A DNA stretch of 43,430 nucleotides from a virus (taxonomy: Duplodnaviria > Caudoviricetes), in IMG/VR virus record IMGVR_UViG_3300020367_000006, positions 1-43,430 of that record; one strand, written 5' to 3'. A program made the position numbers and the translations under genes. The notes under the pieces are model-generated. The model was not told the DNA's origin and searched no databases. It saw nothing but the letters and a program-made list of their open reading frames with translations. Shown piece by piece: positions 19,146 to 27,044 of this stretch (positions are counted from its first letter, which is position 1; every line of letters starts with the position of its first letter).

Positions 19146-19595
19146 GTGACAGATTCTATTCTTCGTAATTCAAGTGGTCAATTTACTTCAGAAAAGGCTT
19201 TGCAAGATGGCAGAGTTTGTGGGAGGAGGCAACCAGATGTAGTGATTGAAGCCAGAAGGCAGAGATTATACAAAAGGCAGTTGGAAGGTATGACAACAAG
19301 ACAGTTGGTGTTAGATCACGCTTCCAAAGAGCAAATTGGGGTGGAGACAGCCTGGAGTGACTGGAGAAAGGTAAAATCCTGGAACGATGAGGATTGGGAA
19401 AAAGATAGAGAGAAGATGATAGGTAGATTGCAGGGTATGAGAATGAAGCTATTTAACCAGGCTATGAAGAAGGGTCAGCTTCAAACTGCTGCTCAAGTGC
19501 TAGATTCACTCGGTAGAGTACTAGGAGAGAGTGTAGAGAATATCAATATTAACGCTCCACAGCTATCTATTAGCGTTGAAGATAAGAAAAAGTAG
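19146..19595 (+). CDS. Probable terminase small subunit, divergent from terL
   Basis: HTH-like N-terminus, two oligomerisation-type helices, C-terminal beta strand ININAPQLSISVED; adjacent to terL. Confidence 0.6.
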   Translation: MTDSILRNSSGQFTSEKALQDGRVCGRRQPDVVIEARRQRLYKRQLEGMTTRQLVLDHASKEQIGVETAWSDWRKVKSWNDEDWEKDREKMIGRLQGMRMKLFNQAMKKGQLQTAAQVLDSLGRVLGESVENININAPQLSISVEDKKK

Positions 19596-19624
19596 TTGAC
19601 ATTAGTGTAATATTGTAGTATTAT
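19596..19624 (+). promoter_or_regulatory. Sigma70-type promoter
   Basis: TTGACA-N17-TATTAT. Confidence 0.65.
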
Positions 19625-19700
19625 TATATTGTAGTATTTTAGAGGTTATTTTATGGTTTATCAGTAAGTTCCCTGTATATCAATAGTTAAATTTTTTTTT

Positions 19701-19732
19701 AAAAATCCGCCCCCCCAAAATGGAAAAGCGGA
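19701..19732 (-). terminator. Intrinsic terminator closing the leftward early unit
   Basis: 12 bp stem UCCGCUUUUCCA-UUU-UGGGGGGGCGGA (4 G-U pairs) then UUUUU. Confidence 0.7.
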
Positions 19733-19759
19733 AAAATAATTGTGTGAGTCTGGGGAAAG

Positions 19760-19966
19760 TTAACCGTAGTGTAACTTCTCACATTCGATTGTGGAATACT
19801 TGCCAGACTGCAGACAATTTTTAAAACCTTTATCTGTGAGATAGCAAGCCAACAAAATAGAAACAGTGCCAATAATAAAAACCATTGCATTAAGTCTGGT
19901 GCGGTTTGTTCGATGGGTTGCAAATCTATACAGTTTTATTCGGTTTGGGTTTGTTTGGTAGGTCAT
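19760..19966 (-). CDS. Small single-TM protein
   Basis: Basic N-terminus, hydrophobic VFIIGTVSILLACYL, C-terminal Cys pair; ends just before the terminator. Confidence 0.6.
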   Translation of the reverse strand: MTYQTNPNRIKLYRFATHRTNRTRLNAMVFIIGTVSILLACYLTDKGFKNCLQSGKYSTIECEKLHYG

Positions 19967-19998
19967 GAGGAATAGTACGGGAAAGGATAGAATTAAAA

Positions 19999-20556
19999 TT
20001 AATAATTACGAAAATAATAAGTAGATTTATCTGCTTCAATTTCTGTGAAATCTAGATCATGATAAAGTTTTTCATAATCAATATTGTCACTAATTAGATC
20101 AGGAACATCATCGAGGTTAATAGTCTCTTCAACATAATTTTCCGCACATTCTTTTTGACTATTAAATTCGCCGTAATACATTTCATTTAAAGAACCAAAA
20201 TAAGATTCCCCAAATGCTCCTATAAATTCTTCATGTAAAGAAACAGAATGACCATCTGAAATTGCATCATCTAAACTCTCTAAATATTCAAATAAAATCT
20301 CATCACTTATATTCTCTGAATAAATAGAATGTAAATATTGACAGTCTGGATAAAACCATTCGTCTCTACAAATTGATTTTCTAGCTTTATTCATATGTTC
20401 TTGAAATTCTTCTAGATCATTCGAATTTTGAAAAATCTCGTAAACATTAAACCAAACAAATCTATTTGTTTCATAATCCTGTATACAAATAGCAGGAAAA
20501 TCATCATGTAAACCTTTTCCGATTAGTTGGTTTTGCTCTGTGATTTGGGTAGTCAT
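19999..20556 (-). CDS. ardA: ArdA-like antirestriction (DNA-mimic) protein
   Basis: Highly acidic 185 aa; EW...D, Y.GEF.S..E.AE.YVEE...L.DVP..I...IDYE....DL, C-terminal YYFRN. Confidence 0.75.
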   Translation of the reverse strand: MTTQITEQNQLIGKGLHDDFPAICIQDYETNRFVWFNVYEIFQNSNDLEEFQEHMNKARKSICRDEWFYPDCQYLHSIYSENISDEILFEYLESLDDAISDGHSVSLHEEFIGAFGESYFGSLNEMYYGEFNSQKECAENYVEETINLDDVPDLISDNIDYEKLYHDLDFTEIEADKSTYYFRNY

Positions 20557-20585
20557 AGTTGAAAAATTAATTAGTTTTCATATAC

Positions 20586-20614
20586 ATTTTAACATTTTCT
20601 ACTATATAAAACAA
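20586..20614 (-). promoter_or_regulatory. Sigma70-type promoter for the ardA-like gene
   Basis: TTGTTT-N17-TAAAAT with TGn extension. Confidence 0.55.
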
Positions 20615-20804
20615 TCACTAATTTAATACAATAATAACCAGTAAAAAACTAAAAAATACTATCAATTCTCTACAATCTCACATAATAAGACTTCAAATCA
20701 ACTGATATAACTAGACAATCTCAAACGTAAGAATCAAACAATTTTAAAATTTAAACGTGCAATACTACATTAACAAGTTTAAAATCATTCAAAAATCACA
20801 CATT

Positions 20805-20836
20805 AAAAAAGCCCCTAATTTTTAATTTTAGGAGCT
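20805..20836 (-). terminator. Intrinsic terminator
   Basis: GC.CCTAA...TTAGG.GC hairpin with U6 on the minus strand. Confidence 0.6.
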
Positions 20837-20863
20837 GTAAACCTTTAGGTTCTGGACTAATTT

Positions 20864-21346
20864 TTATACATAATCACAAAACTTAAAAAATCTTTTTCTA
20901 TTTTCATTTATCACTTCATAATATTTGTCTGCTTTTTCTTTTTCATTAAAATAATCATAAATAAAAGTATTTTTAATTTTTTCTATTTGACTTTCATCAA
21001 GTCTCAAAATCTGTCTTAATTTTTCAGTTTTTAAAATTTTATTTTCTTCTATTCTTTTTTTAGCCTTTTCAATTCTTATTAAGTCTCTCTCTATATCTTC
21101 ATCAAAATCGTTTAAATCTTTAAAATTATTTCTTGGGATATAGTGAACTGTTGAACAGTCTTGATAAGTTCTTCTAACTGTATAATTTCCATTAGATTCT
21201 AATAAATGTTGTAAGTCTGAAATATCACAAATATAATTATCGTCTTCGTAATACTCATTATTATTTTTAATTTTCAATTCTTCGTATTCTTTTTCTAAAT
21301 TAGCTAGTCTTTTTTTAGCAATTAATTTGTAATTGGTTTTAGTCAT
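20864..21346 (-). CDS. Hypothetical charged coiled-coil early protein
   Basis: 160 aa ORF, K/E/N-rich. Confidence 0.7.
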   Translation of the reverse strand: MTKTNYKLIAKKRLANLEKEYEELKIKNNNEYYEDDNYICDISDLQHLLESNGNYTVRRTYQDCSTVHYIPRNNFKDLNDFDEDIERDLIRIEKAKKRIEENKILKTEKLRQILRLDESQIEKIKNTFIYDYFNEKEKADKYYEVINENRKRFFKFCDYV

Positions 21347-21390
21347 AATAAGTAATTGAATGAATTTTTAAGTAATAAGTGAATGAATTT

Positions 21391-21708
21391 TTAAGCAATA
21401 AAAGAATTAACCCATCCTTTAATTAATTTCAAACCGCTATTTGTAATTTCTTCAATTTTATACATTGAATTTTCGTATTCTTCGATTTCTTTATATTCTT
21501 CTTCACTAACAGTGAATGGACTATGTTGCACTGTATAATCTATTCTTCTTTGCGTTTCTTCATTAACATAATCTTCCATTTCATACCATTCTTCAAAGTA
21601 TTCAATAGTAGGATTTGGATCTATCCAAGCTCCACAATCTATGAAATGGGTAACTTTATACTTCGCAAATAATGGAAGTTCAAGTTGAATGTAATTAGAG
21701 TTAATCAT
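21391..21708 (-). CDS. Hypothetical acidic early protein
   Basis: 105 aa ORF with its own promoter; EEWYEMEDYVNEE..RR..Y.V.HSPF..SEEE. Confidence 0.75.
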   Translation of the reverse strand: MINSNYIQLELPLFAKYKVTHFIDCGAWIDPNPTIEYFEEWYEMEDYVNEETQRRIDYTVQHSPFTVSEEEYKEIEEYENSMYKIEEITNSGLKLIKGWVNSFIA

Positions 21709-21736
21709 AATAATAAAGATGGTTATTACATCCTAT

Positions 21737-21765
21737 ATTGTAGTATTTAACAAATAAAAAAGCAA
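21737..21765 (-). promoter_or_regulatory. Sigma70-type promoter
   Basis: TTGCTT-N17-TACAAT. Confidence 0.6.
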
Positions 21766-21861
21766 ACAATTTTCTTGATACAAATACAATTTTTAAAGGT
21801 ATAAACATACCTTAAGGATTATTAAATTATTACAATCTCACTTAGACTCATTGAGACACAT

Positions 21862-21891
21862 AAAAAAATCCTAGCTTTTTAGACTAGGATT
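21862..21891 (-). terminator. Intrinsic terminator
   Basis: ATCCTAG...CTAGGAT hairpin with U-run on the minus strand. Confidence 0.65.
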
Positions 21892-21900
21892 AAAATAAAT

Positions 21901-21996
21901 TTACTTTTTATTAAAGATTAAATAAATAATCTCATTAATGCACCATAGAATTTTTTGTTTTCTGGACATTAAATTAGGTTCGTATAATGTTCTCAT
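21901..21996 (-). CDS. 31 aa micro-ORF; not in the ORF track
   Basis: MRTLYEPNLMSRKQKILWCINEIIYLIFNKK* between the DUF932-like stop and the terminator. Confidence 0.4.
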   Translation of the reverse strand: MRTLYEPNLMSRKQKILWCINEIIYLIFNKK

Positions 21997-22006
21997 AATG
22001 AATGTG

Positions 22007-23089
22007 TTAGACAGTAGTTAATCTTAAACATTCTTTTCTAGCTTTTTGAATGCGATCCGCACATCGACCTCTAATGAGCGATTCAAACCTGATTCTAGCT
22101 GATTCTGTAGAATCAATCCTACTTGACTCTGAATGAGTTTCATACTCTGTTATAGCGTTGAATGCGTTAAACAAATTAGGCTGATTCCCATTAGCTTCAA
22201 TTTGAAAGTTTCTTTTAACATCGACCCACTCTTTATTTATATCGTTGAAAGTCTTATCTCTTTTCTTTTTAGTTTCTTTGTCTGTTATCTGACCTATTAA
22301 CTTGTCTTGAAAAGAGTGCATGAACAGATTTTTGAGTAGTTCACTTGAACATTTAGTGTTTCTCATAGCTTTAAATTCCTCGATTGAGTTAGCTAGATCA
22401 TCACGTTGAAATTTTAACCACGCTGGTAAATTCTGTAAATACTGGTTAACACCTTTTGAATGTTTGAAAACCATTTTATTTTTAGAATTTTGTATCGAAC
22501 CCATTTGATTGAAACACCATAATCGCACGTCCGATTGAATCACTTTGAATGAGTAAGACCCGTCCATACTATTCACAAAAATCATGCGTCTACGGATAGC
22601 GTCACCACTAGACACTTCCATATCGCTATCTTTGATAGCACATATAATAAAAACCCTAGCCGTATTATTCATAGGGATAACGTGTTCAACATCTAAAAAA
22701 TTTAAGTTAGGTTCGATAGCATCGTAAATAACATCATGCTTTACTAACTCATATGTGTTAGATACTGTAGAAATTACTTTACCTATTTTCTTACTAAAAA
22801 TAGCTTTACTGTTTGGACATTCATAAGAATTACCATTGAAATTTGTAAATGTAGGTAATACTTCAGGCTCATTTAAAACATTAGTCTTAAATAAAATTGT
22901 TTCTAGATCATCATTTCTGTTAAATGGTGTAGAAATTAAATTTTCATTACCCTGACGTTGATAACCTAAGTTGTTAATCTCTTTACCTAGATTTGTTCTA
23001 GTAAAGTTTTCACTTCTATAGTGACGATCCACTCTTAACTCTTTATCTGAAAAAGATACGATTGAATCAATTTTGTTTGAATTTTTCAT
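22007..23089 (-). CDS. DUF932-family phage/plasmid protein
   Basis: VS..YE.V.H, NSMDGS.SF, VRLWCFNQ, KHS, LFNAFNAITEYETH. Confidence 0.85.
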   Translation of the reverse strand: MKNSNKIDSIVSFSDKELRVDRHYRSENFTRTNLGKEINNLGYQRQGNENLISTPFNRNDDLETILFKTNVLNEPEVLPTFTNFNGNSYECPNSKAIFSKKIGKVISTVSNTYELVKHDVIYDAIEPNLNFLDVEHVIPMNNTARVFIICAIKDSDMEVSSGDAIRRRMIFVNSMDGSYSFKVIQSDVRLWCFNQMGSIQNSKNKMVFKHSKGVNQYLQNLPAWLKFQRDDLANSIEEFKAMRNTKCSSELLKNLFMHSFQDKLIGQITDKETKKKRDKTFNDINKEWVDVKRNFQIEANGNQPNLFNAFNAITEYETHSESSRIDSTESARIRFESLIRGRCADRIQKARKECLRLTTV

Positions 23090-23117
23090 GGGTTGTGTAA
23101 AAATTAGTTACCTTTAA

Positions 23118-23146
23118 ATACTACATTAATATGTATGAGATAGCAA
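23118..23146 (-). promoter_or_regulatory. Sigma70-type promoter for the DUF932-like gene
   Basis: TTGCTA-N17-TAGTAT. Confidence 0.55.
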
Positions 23147-23147
23147 C

Positions 23148-23336
23148 CTATTTATTCAATTCTATTTGTATCAAAATTTTATCTATTAATCTGTCTGCTC
23201 TATAACATAGATTATCTGAAAACTGTTCATTATAATTATTTGAAATTTTTTGTAGAATTATTAAAATAAAAAATAAATCTTGAATGGGTATAGATACATG
23301 ACTATACTTAAAAAATTTATGAATGTGAGAGGCCAT
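23148..23336 (-). CDS. Hypothetical protein
   Basis: 62 aa ORF only. Confidence 0.45.
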   Translation of the reverse strand: MASHIHKFFKYSHVSIPIQDLFFILIILQKISNNYNEQFSDNLCYRADRLIDKILIQIELNK

Positions 23337-23466
23337 GATGAATGAAAAATAATGAATGAGCGATCCAACATTACCTAGTCAGTTATGAATGTCAATAATG
23401 AATGAAAATTCTGAGAATTCTTAGTGAGAATTATGAATGAGAATTTTGTATGTTGCATTTTGAATG
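23281..23466 (+). repeat. Cluster of 8 co-oriented TGAATG motifs at the divergence point of early transcription
   Basis: Copies at 23281, 23320, 23339, 23353, 23386, 23399, 23434, 23461. Confidence 0.9.
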
Positions 23467-23481
23467 GAACTAAAGTAATAT
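23453..23481 (+). promoter_or_regulatory. Sigma70-type promoter of the rightward early operon
   Basis: TTGCAT-N17-TAATAT, 20 nt before ATG 23502. Confidence 0.6.
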
Positions 23482-23501
23482 TATAAGGCACATTAACCAC
23501 C

Positions 23502-23726
23502 ATGATTATGGCTGTCGATCCATTAGATAACAGTAGTGAAAGGTTTTTAACTTTTACTATTGCTGAAATAAAAATTTTAGTCGGTTTGATGACTAAGTTA
23601 AAGGAATTATTTCCGATTGAAGGACACTATTATGTCCATAAGGCTTGTAACATATTAATCACAATATGTAAGCAACAGTTAGCTACAGAAGATGTAGACG
23701 AGCTAACGGAGAGATATGGAATATAA
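23502..23726 (+). CDS. Hypothetical protein
   Basis: First of tightly overlapping small ORFs. Confidence 0.7.
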   Translation: MIMAVDPLDNSSERFLTFTIAEIKILVGLMTKLKELFPIEGHYYVHKACNILITICKQQLATEDVDELTERYGI

Positions 23727-23934
23727 ACAGATGCACCCAGAATTTCCGTTAGATCCTTTATGGAACGATCCAGAGGATAGGGAGTATTTTATTAAAAGAG
23801 TTTCCGATTTAGCTTTTGGCGATAATACCATTGAACGTGGTTTTACTATGGCTGAAGTATTAAATAGACTAGACCTATTTTGTGAATTTACTTCCGTTAA
23901 TGATGCTAGTTTTGAGGAATTTTCGGGTGACTAA
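23716..23934 (+). CDS. Hypothetical acidic protein
   Basis: GGAG before ATG; operon overlap. Confidence 0.7.
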   Translation: MEYKQMHPEFPLDPLWNDPEDREYFIKRVSDLAFGDNTIERGFTMAEVLNRLDLFCEFTSVNDASFEEFSGD

Positions 23935-24274
23935 AGAAGAAGCTGAGAACTTTATCTATAAATGTCTGGTAGATAACGAGTCCAAAAAAGATCCAAAAGA
24001 AAAATTAACTCGTTTGGATATCTGTGATATATTGCACACTGATTTTGAGATTCCTAAGTCTACGGCATATAGATACTATAAAGACTCATTTAATCTATAC
24101 AAATGGGAGCAGGCTAAACCTGATCCAGGTAAAAAGATTAAAGATACAAAAGATACCATACTGAATAGCGTATTAGATGAAGCTGAAAGTTTGTTAGCTG
24201 ACGGAGATTCTGTAGGTTATTTCAAGGGTATCGAATTATATTCAAAATTACTCACAAGGTTTAAAAAAGTATGA
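23927..24274 (+). CDS. HTH DNA-binding protein (GTG start at 23927 preferred)
   Basis: GAGG upstream; DICDILHTDFEIPKSTAYRYY helix-turn-helix. Confidence 0.7.
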   Translation: MTKEEAENFIYKCLVDNESKKDPKEKLTRLDICDILHTDFEIPKSTAYRYYKDSFNLYKWEQAKPDPGKKIKDTKDTILNSVLDEAESLLADGDSVGYFKGIELYSKLLTRFKKV

Positions 24275-24540
24275 TTAATTACACTGAAGCTGAAAAAGAG
24301 TATCTAAGAGAATACTTACAAGACGTGCCAGAGACTAAATGGTACGACTACGAATTTATGAAGGAAGAATTATCTATGTGTTATGACATTGATATTCAAT
24401 CAATGCAATATACTGGCTATCCAGAAAAATCTGTTAAGACTAGCTTTTCATACATAATTTTAGAAAAGTTAGGTTATGACTTTACCAGTATTCATAAATT
24501 TTTTAATATTTTTCAAACTAATACTAAGGAGAAAAACTAA
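24271..24540 (+). CDS. Hypothetical protein
   Basis: 89 aa ORF in operon. Confidence 0.65.
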   Translation: MINYTEAEKEYLREYLQDVPETKWYDYEFMKEELSMCYDIDIQSMQYTGYPEKSVKTSFSYIILEKLGYDFTSIHKFFNIFQTNTKEKN

Positions 24541-24737
24541 TGGACTCATTCATGCACAACCATCAATCCGCACTGGACAGCCAACGTGAAGATGATGCGA
24601 TCCAATATCTACAGGATAGTGGAGTTTATCCCGATCCTGATGAAGAAAATTATCCGTCTGAAACAGATGATGATTACGAACCAACAGATGACGAAGTTAT
24701 GTCGAGCTTCGGTACAAAATGGCATGACAGATTATGA
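24540..24737 (+). CDS. Very acidic small protein
   Basis: AGGAG RBS; DPDEENYPSETDDDYEPTDDE. Confidence 0.7.
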   Translation: MDSFMHNHQSALDSQREDDAIQYLQDSGVYPDPDEENYPSETDDDYEPTDDEVMSSFGTKWHDRL

Positions 24738-24955
24738 TTAAAAAACTTTTAGTAACTCTGTTAGTTACTGTGGATAATGAAGATGAGGAAATTTGTCCTA
24801 CAGGCGATCCACTAATTGAGAATGTTGTTCTAAATGTGTTAAATGACGGATTCTTTACTGATCCTGTAGAGGAAATATATACCTCACATTTATCCGATTA
24901 CGTAGAACATTCAAAACGTACTGAAAAAAGAATAGAAGATCTTTATTATCCGTAA
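24734..24955 (+). CDS. Hypothetical acidic protein
   Basis: ATGA overlap with the previous gene. Confidence 0.65.
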   Translation: MIKKLLVTLLVTVDNEDEEICPTGDPLIENVVLNVLNDGFFTDPVEEIYTSHLSDYVEHSKRTEKRIEDLYYP

Positions 24956-25024
24956 TTAACGATCCATAGACATTTAACTATAATGTTATACAATAGATAC
25001 TGTAAACCATCTTTATTTACAACC

Positions 25025-25303
25025 ATGCAAACTACTGAAATTGTTTCATTAAAACTACCTGATTTTTGGGCATCTGCGTTAGTTAACGGAGATTATTCAA
25101 GTTTTTCTTATCCTGAAGAGTATAAAGAAATTACTGATTTTATAGATCATTACAAAAAAGAACTGGACTTTAATACAGTCTTTTTGCGTAGTGATGAAAA
25201 TGGGAACATTGACTCTCATTTTATGACGTTCCATGATGCTAGAGACTTCGGTGTTCTAGCTTGTGATGTAATAGAGTACCACTTTTTTAAGGTAGAAAAG
25301 TGA
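25025..25303 (+). CDS. Hypothetical protein, DUF6926-like (start 25025 preferred)
   Basis: LP.FWASALVNGDYS motif; TAGACA-N16-TACAAT at 24967-24994 overlaps the longer start. Confidence 0.65.
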   Translation: MQTTEIVSLKLPDFWASALVNGDYSSFSYPEEYKEITDFIDHYKKELDFNTVFLRSDENGNIDSHFMTFHDARDFGVLACDVIEYHFFKVEK

Positions 25304-25488
25304 CTAACGATCCAAATATGTCTCATTTATGGACTTTACTTAAGGAAGCTCATAGTAATTCCTTAGATAATATTTGTTCTCATCCACTAACTGCTGAACA
25401 GATTGAAGATTTAGCTGAAGATTTAGGTTTTATTGATTATGCCTATCAGCTAAAAGACTATCGAAAAGATAAGTTAGACAACGACTAA
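25300..25488 (+). CDS. Hypothetical protein
   Basis: GTGA overlap; converges on the exonuclease gene. Confidence 0.6.
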   Translation: MTNDPNMSHLWTLLKEAHSNSLDNICSHPLTAEQIEDLAEDLGFIDYAYQLKDYRKDKLDND

Positions 25489-26289
25489 TTCTTTAAGATT
25501 TTTGTGGTAACGATCCACTCTATCTAAAAATATACTTTCTGATCCTCGTAACTCTAAGTTATTGAGGATTTTTATTTGGGGTTTTCCACTTCTGCGAGCT
25601 ACCACAACTGCACCGTATTTTGGTTTTATGCCTGTGAGATGTTGTAGACCTAAACTGTACGCTCCAAGTTGATGACAGAATTGTTCGATCATATCATCTG
25701 ATCTAATTTCTTTAGCTGTTTTCCAATCCACTATGAAAGGCCCATCCCCATCAATGTCTAATAAAGCATCTGCTGTGCCAGCAAATCCGTAACCTGGTTT
25801 ATAGACTGAAAATTCTACGGCATGAATGGCCGTTACACGATCCAGTATGAATGATCGTAAACCTCTTGCGTAGCCTGACGCACTCCAGCTAACACGAGGT
25901 GCGGATTCAACTGCTTTTTGGAGGCCCCATTGAGTGACTTTTTTCGGACAGCGTTCCAGTCCATCCGATCCAGTCCGCCATATACCACGTTTGTTTGCGT
26001 TTTGTCTTGCAAATTTTGCTGCAAGTTTGAGTACAAACTCTGCATGAGAGTGAGCAAGTTTTCCTCGTTCACAGGCAATATCACGTTCCAGATAGGAGTC
26101 TGATTTTTTAAGCCAGTTTTCAAGGGCATCTTTCGTATGTTGGGGTGCGGTTTCTTTTAGAATATGTGTAACTGAGTGATATACGTTGTTTTCTTCGTCA
26201 CGGTAGACTCTGTACGGTCCACTATTATCTTGAATGAGATTCCATGTTCTGAGAGATGCTAGGGCATTTTGTTTGTCTAGCGTTCCCAT
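25474..26289 (-). CDS. PD-(D/E)XK exonuclease (second ATG preferred as start)
   Basis: Y.SVT.IL, RG..AH, E.SVY, AGTADAL, IVDWKT, QLGAY. Confidence 0.88.
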   Translation of the reverse strand: MGTLDKQNALASLRTWNLIQDNSGPYRVYRDEENNVYHSVTHILKETAPQHTKDALENWLKKSDSYLERDIACERGKLAHSHAEFVLKLAAKFARQNANKRGIWRTGSDGLERCPKKVTQWGLQKAVESAPRVSWSASGYARGLRSFILDRVTAIHAVEFSVYKPGYGFAGTADALLDIDGDGPFIVDWKTAKEIRSDDMIEQFCHQLGAYSLGLQHLTGIKPKYGAVVVARRSGKPQIKILNNLELRGSESIFLDRVDRYHKNLKELVVV

Positions 26290-26330
26290 AAATGGATAAT
26301 AAATACACGTTCCCATAATTAATATACAGC

Positions 26331-26359
26331 AAAATAAAAGGGAGTCAATAGCGACTCCC
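26331..26359 (-). terminator. Terminator after the SSB-like gene, overlapping a TTGACT-N16-TATATT promoter for the exonuclease
   Basis: GGGAGTC-N6-GACTCCC hairpin with U-rich tail on the minus strand. Confidence 0.7.
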
Positions 26360-26373
26360 TATATGAATGGGGA

Positions 26374-26967
26374 TTATTCTTCTTCTTTAAAGGGATTACC
26401 ACCTTTAAGAAGTCGTTCGAGATCGAACTCTTTCTCTGCTTCCCATGCTTCATCTACAGCTTTAGCCATAGCTTTTTTCAGTGGGGCAGCTTGCACAGTG
26501 TACTTTGTATCTGTACCTTGTCCTTCACGAGATAAATAGAAATCACATTCAGTCATATCTTCGTAATCTTCTAGTTGACTGATTACGTCAAATTGCTGAG
26601 TGATTGTTTTTTGAGTCCAAGAAAATACCTGTACCCGTTCCAAGTCATAATTATATATGGGAACTGCGTGAGCTATTCTGCAAGGCTCATTCATTTTGCC
26701 ATCCCTGGAAAGTGATCTGATGTAATCATCACCGAGTTTTTCTGTAATATCCTCTGCGGTAGGATCTTCAGCAAAACGGAATGGTTTACGTTTTTCTGGA
26801 TTGTTGACTTCGTTACCCCATAGTTCATAGAACATGAAAGGCTCTTCAGCTAACAATTTGAAACGAACTTTTTGTCCGCTTTTAATACTTGATGGATTCA
26901 AGTAATCGTCTTTTGTGCTACTTGAAGATGCAGCATCTTCTCTAGCAACGGTTGAAATGAAAGGCAT
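26374..26967 (-). CDS. Single-stranded DNA-binding protein (probable)
   Basis: YNYD...VQV...TQKTI, D..LSREG.G.DTKY.V...P, acidic NPFKEEE end; next to exonuclease and primase. Confidence 0.7.
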   Translation of the reverse strand: MPFISTVAREDAASSSSTKDDYLNPSSIKSGQKVRFKLLAEEPFMFYELWGNEVNNPEKRKPFRFAEDPTAEDITEKLGDDYIRSLSRDGKMNEPCRIAHAVPIYNYDLERVQVFSWTQKTITQQFDVISQLEDYEDMTECDFYLSREGQGTDTKYTVQAAPLKKAMAKAVDEAWEAEKEFDLERLLKGGNPFKEEE

Positions 26968-27004
26968 AATGCGTGTTGGCTATGAAAGCCTGAGTTGCAT
27001 TACT

Positions 27005-27044
27005 ATTGTAGTACATAGACAAATCATTGTCAATGATATATAAT
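27005..27044. promoter_or_regulatory. Overlapping divergent sigma70 promoters with central palindrome
   Basis: Minus TTGACA-N17-TACAAT (27033-27005); plus TAGACA-N17-TATAAT (27016-27044); ATCATTG-T-CAATGAT at 27023-27037. Confidence 0.8.

Noticed and set aside
19692-19732. T9/C7 homopolymers as a phase-variation tract
   Set aside because: Intergenic and explained by a G-U-rich terminator stem
19699-19923. Alternative 74 aa ORF
   Set aside because: Overlaps 19760-19966 in another frame and runs through the terminator
23281-23466. CRISPR or mini-array
   Set aside because: Repeat is only 6-8 nt with irregular spacing; no cas genes. The PD-(D/E)XK nuclease lacks the Cas4 Cys cluster
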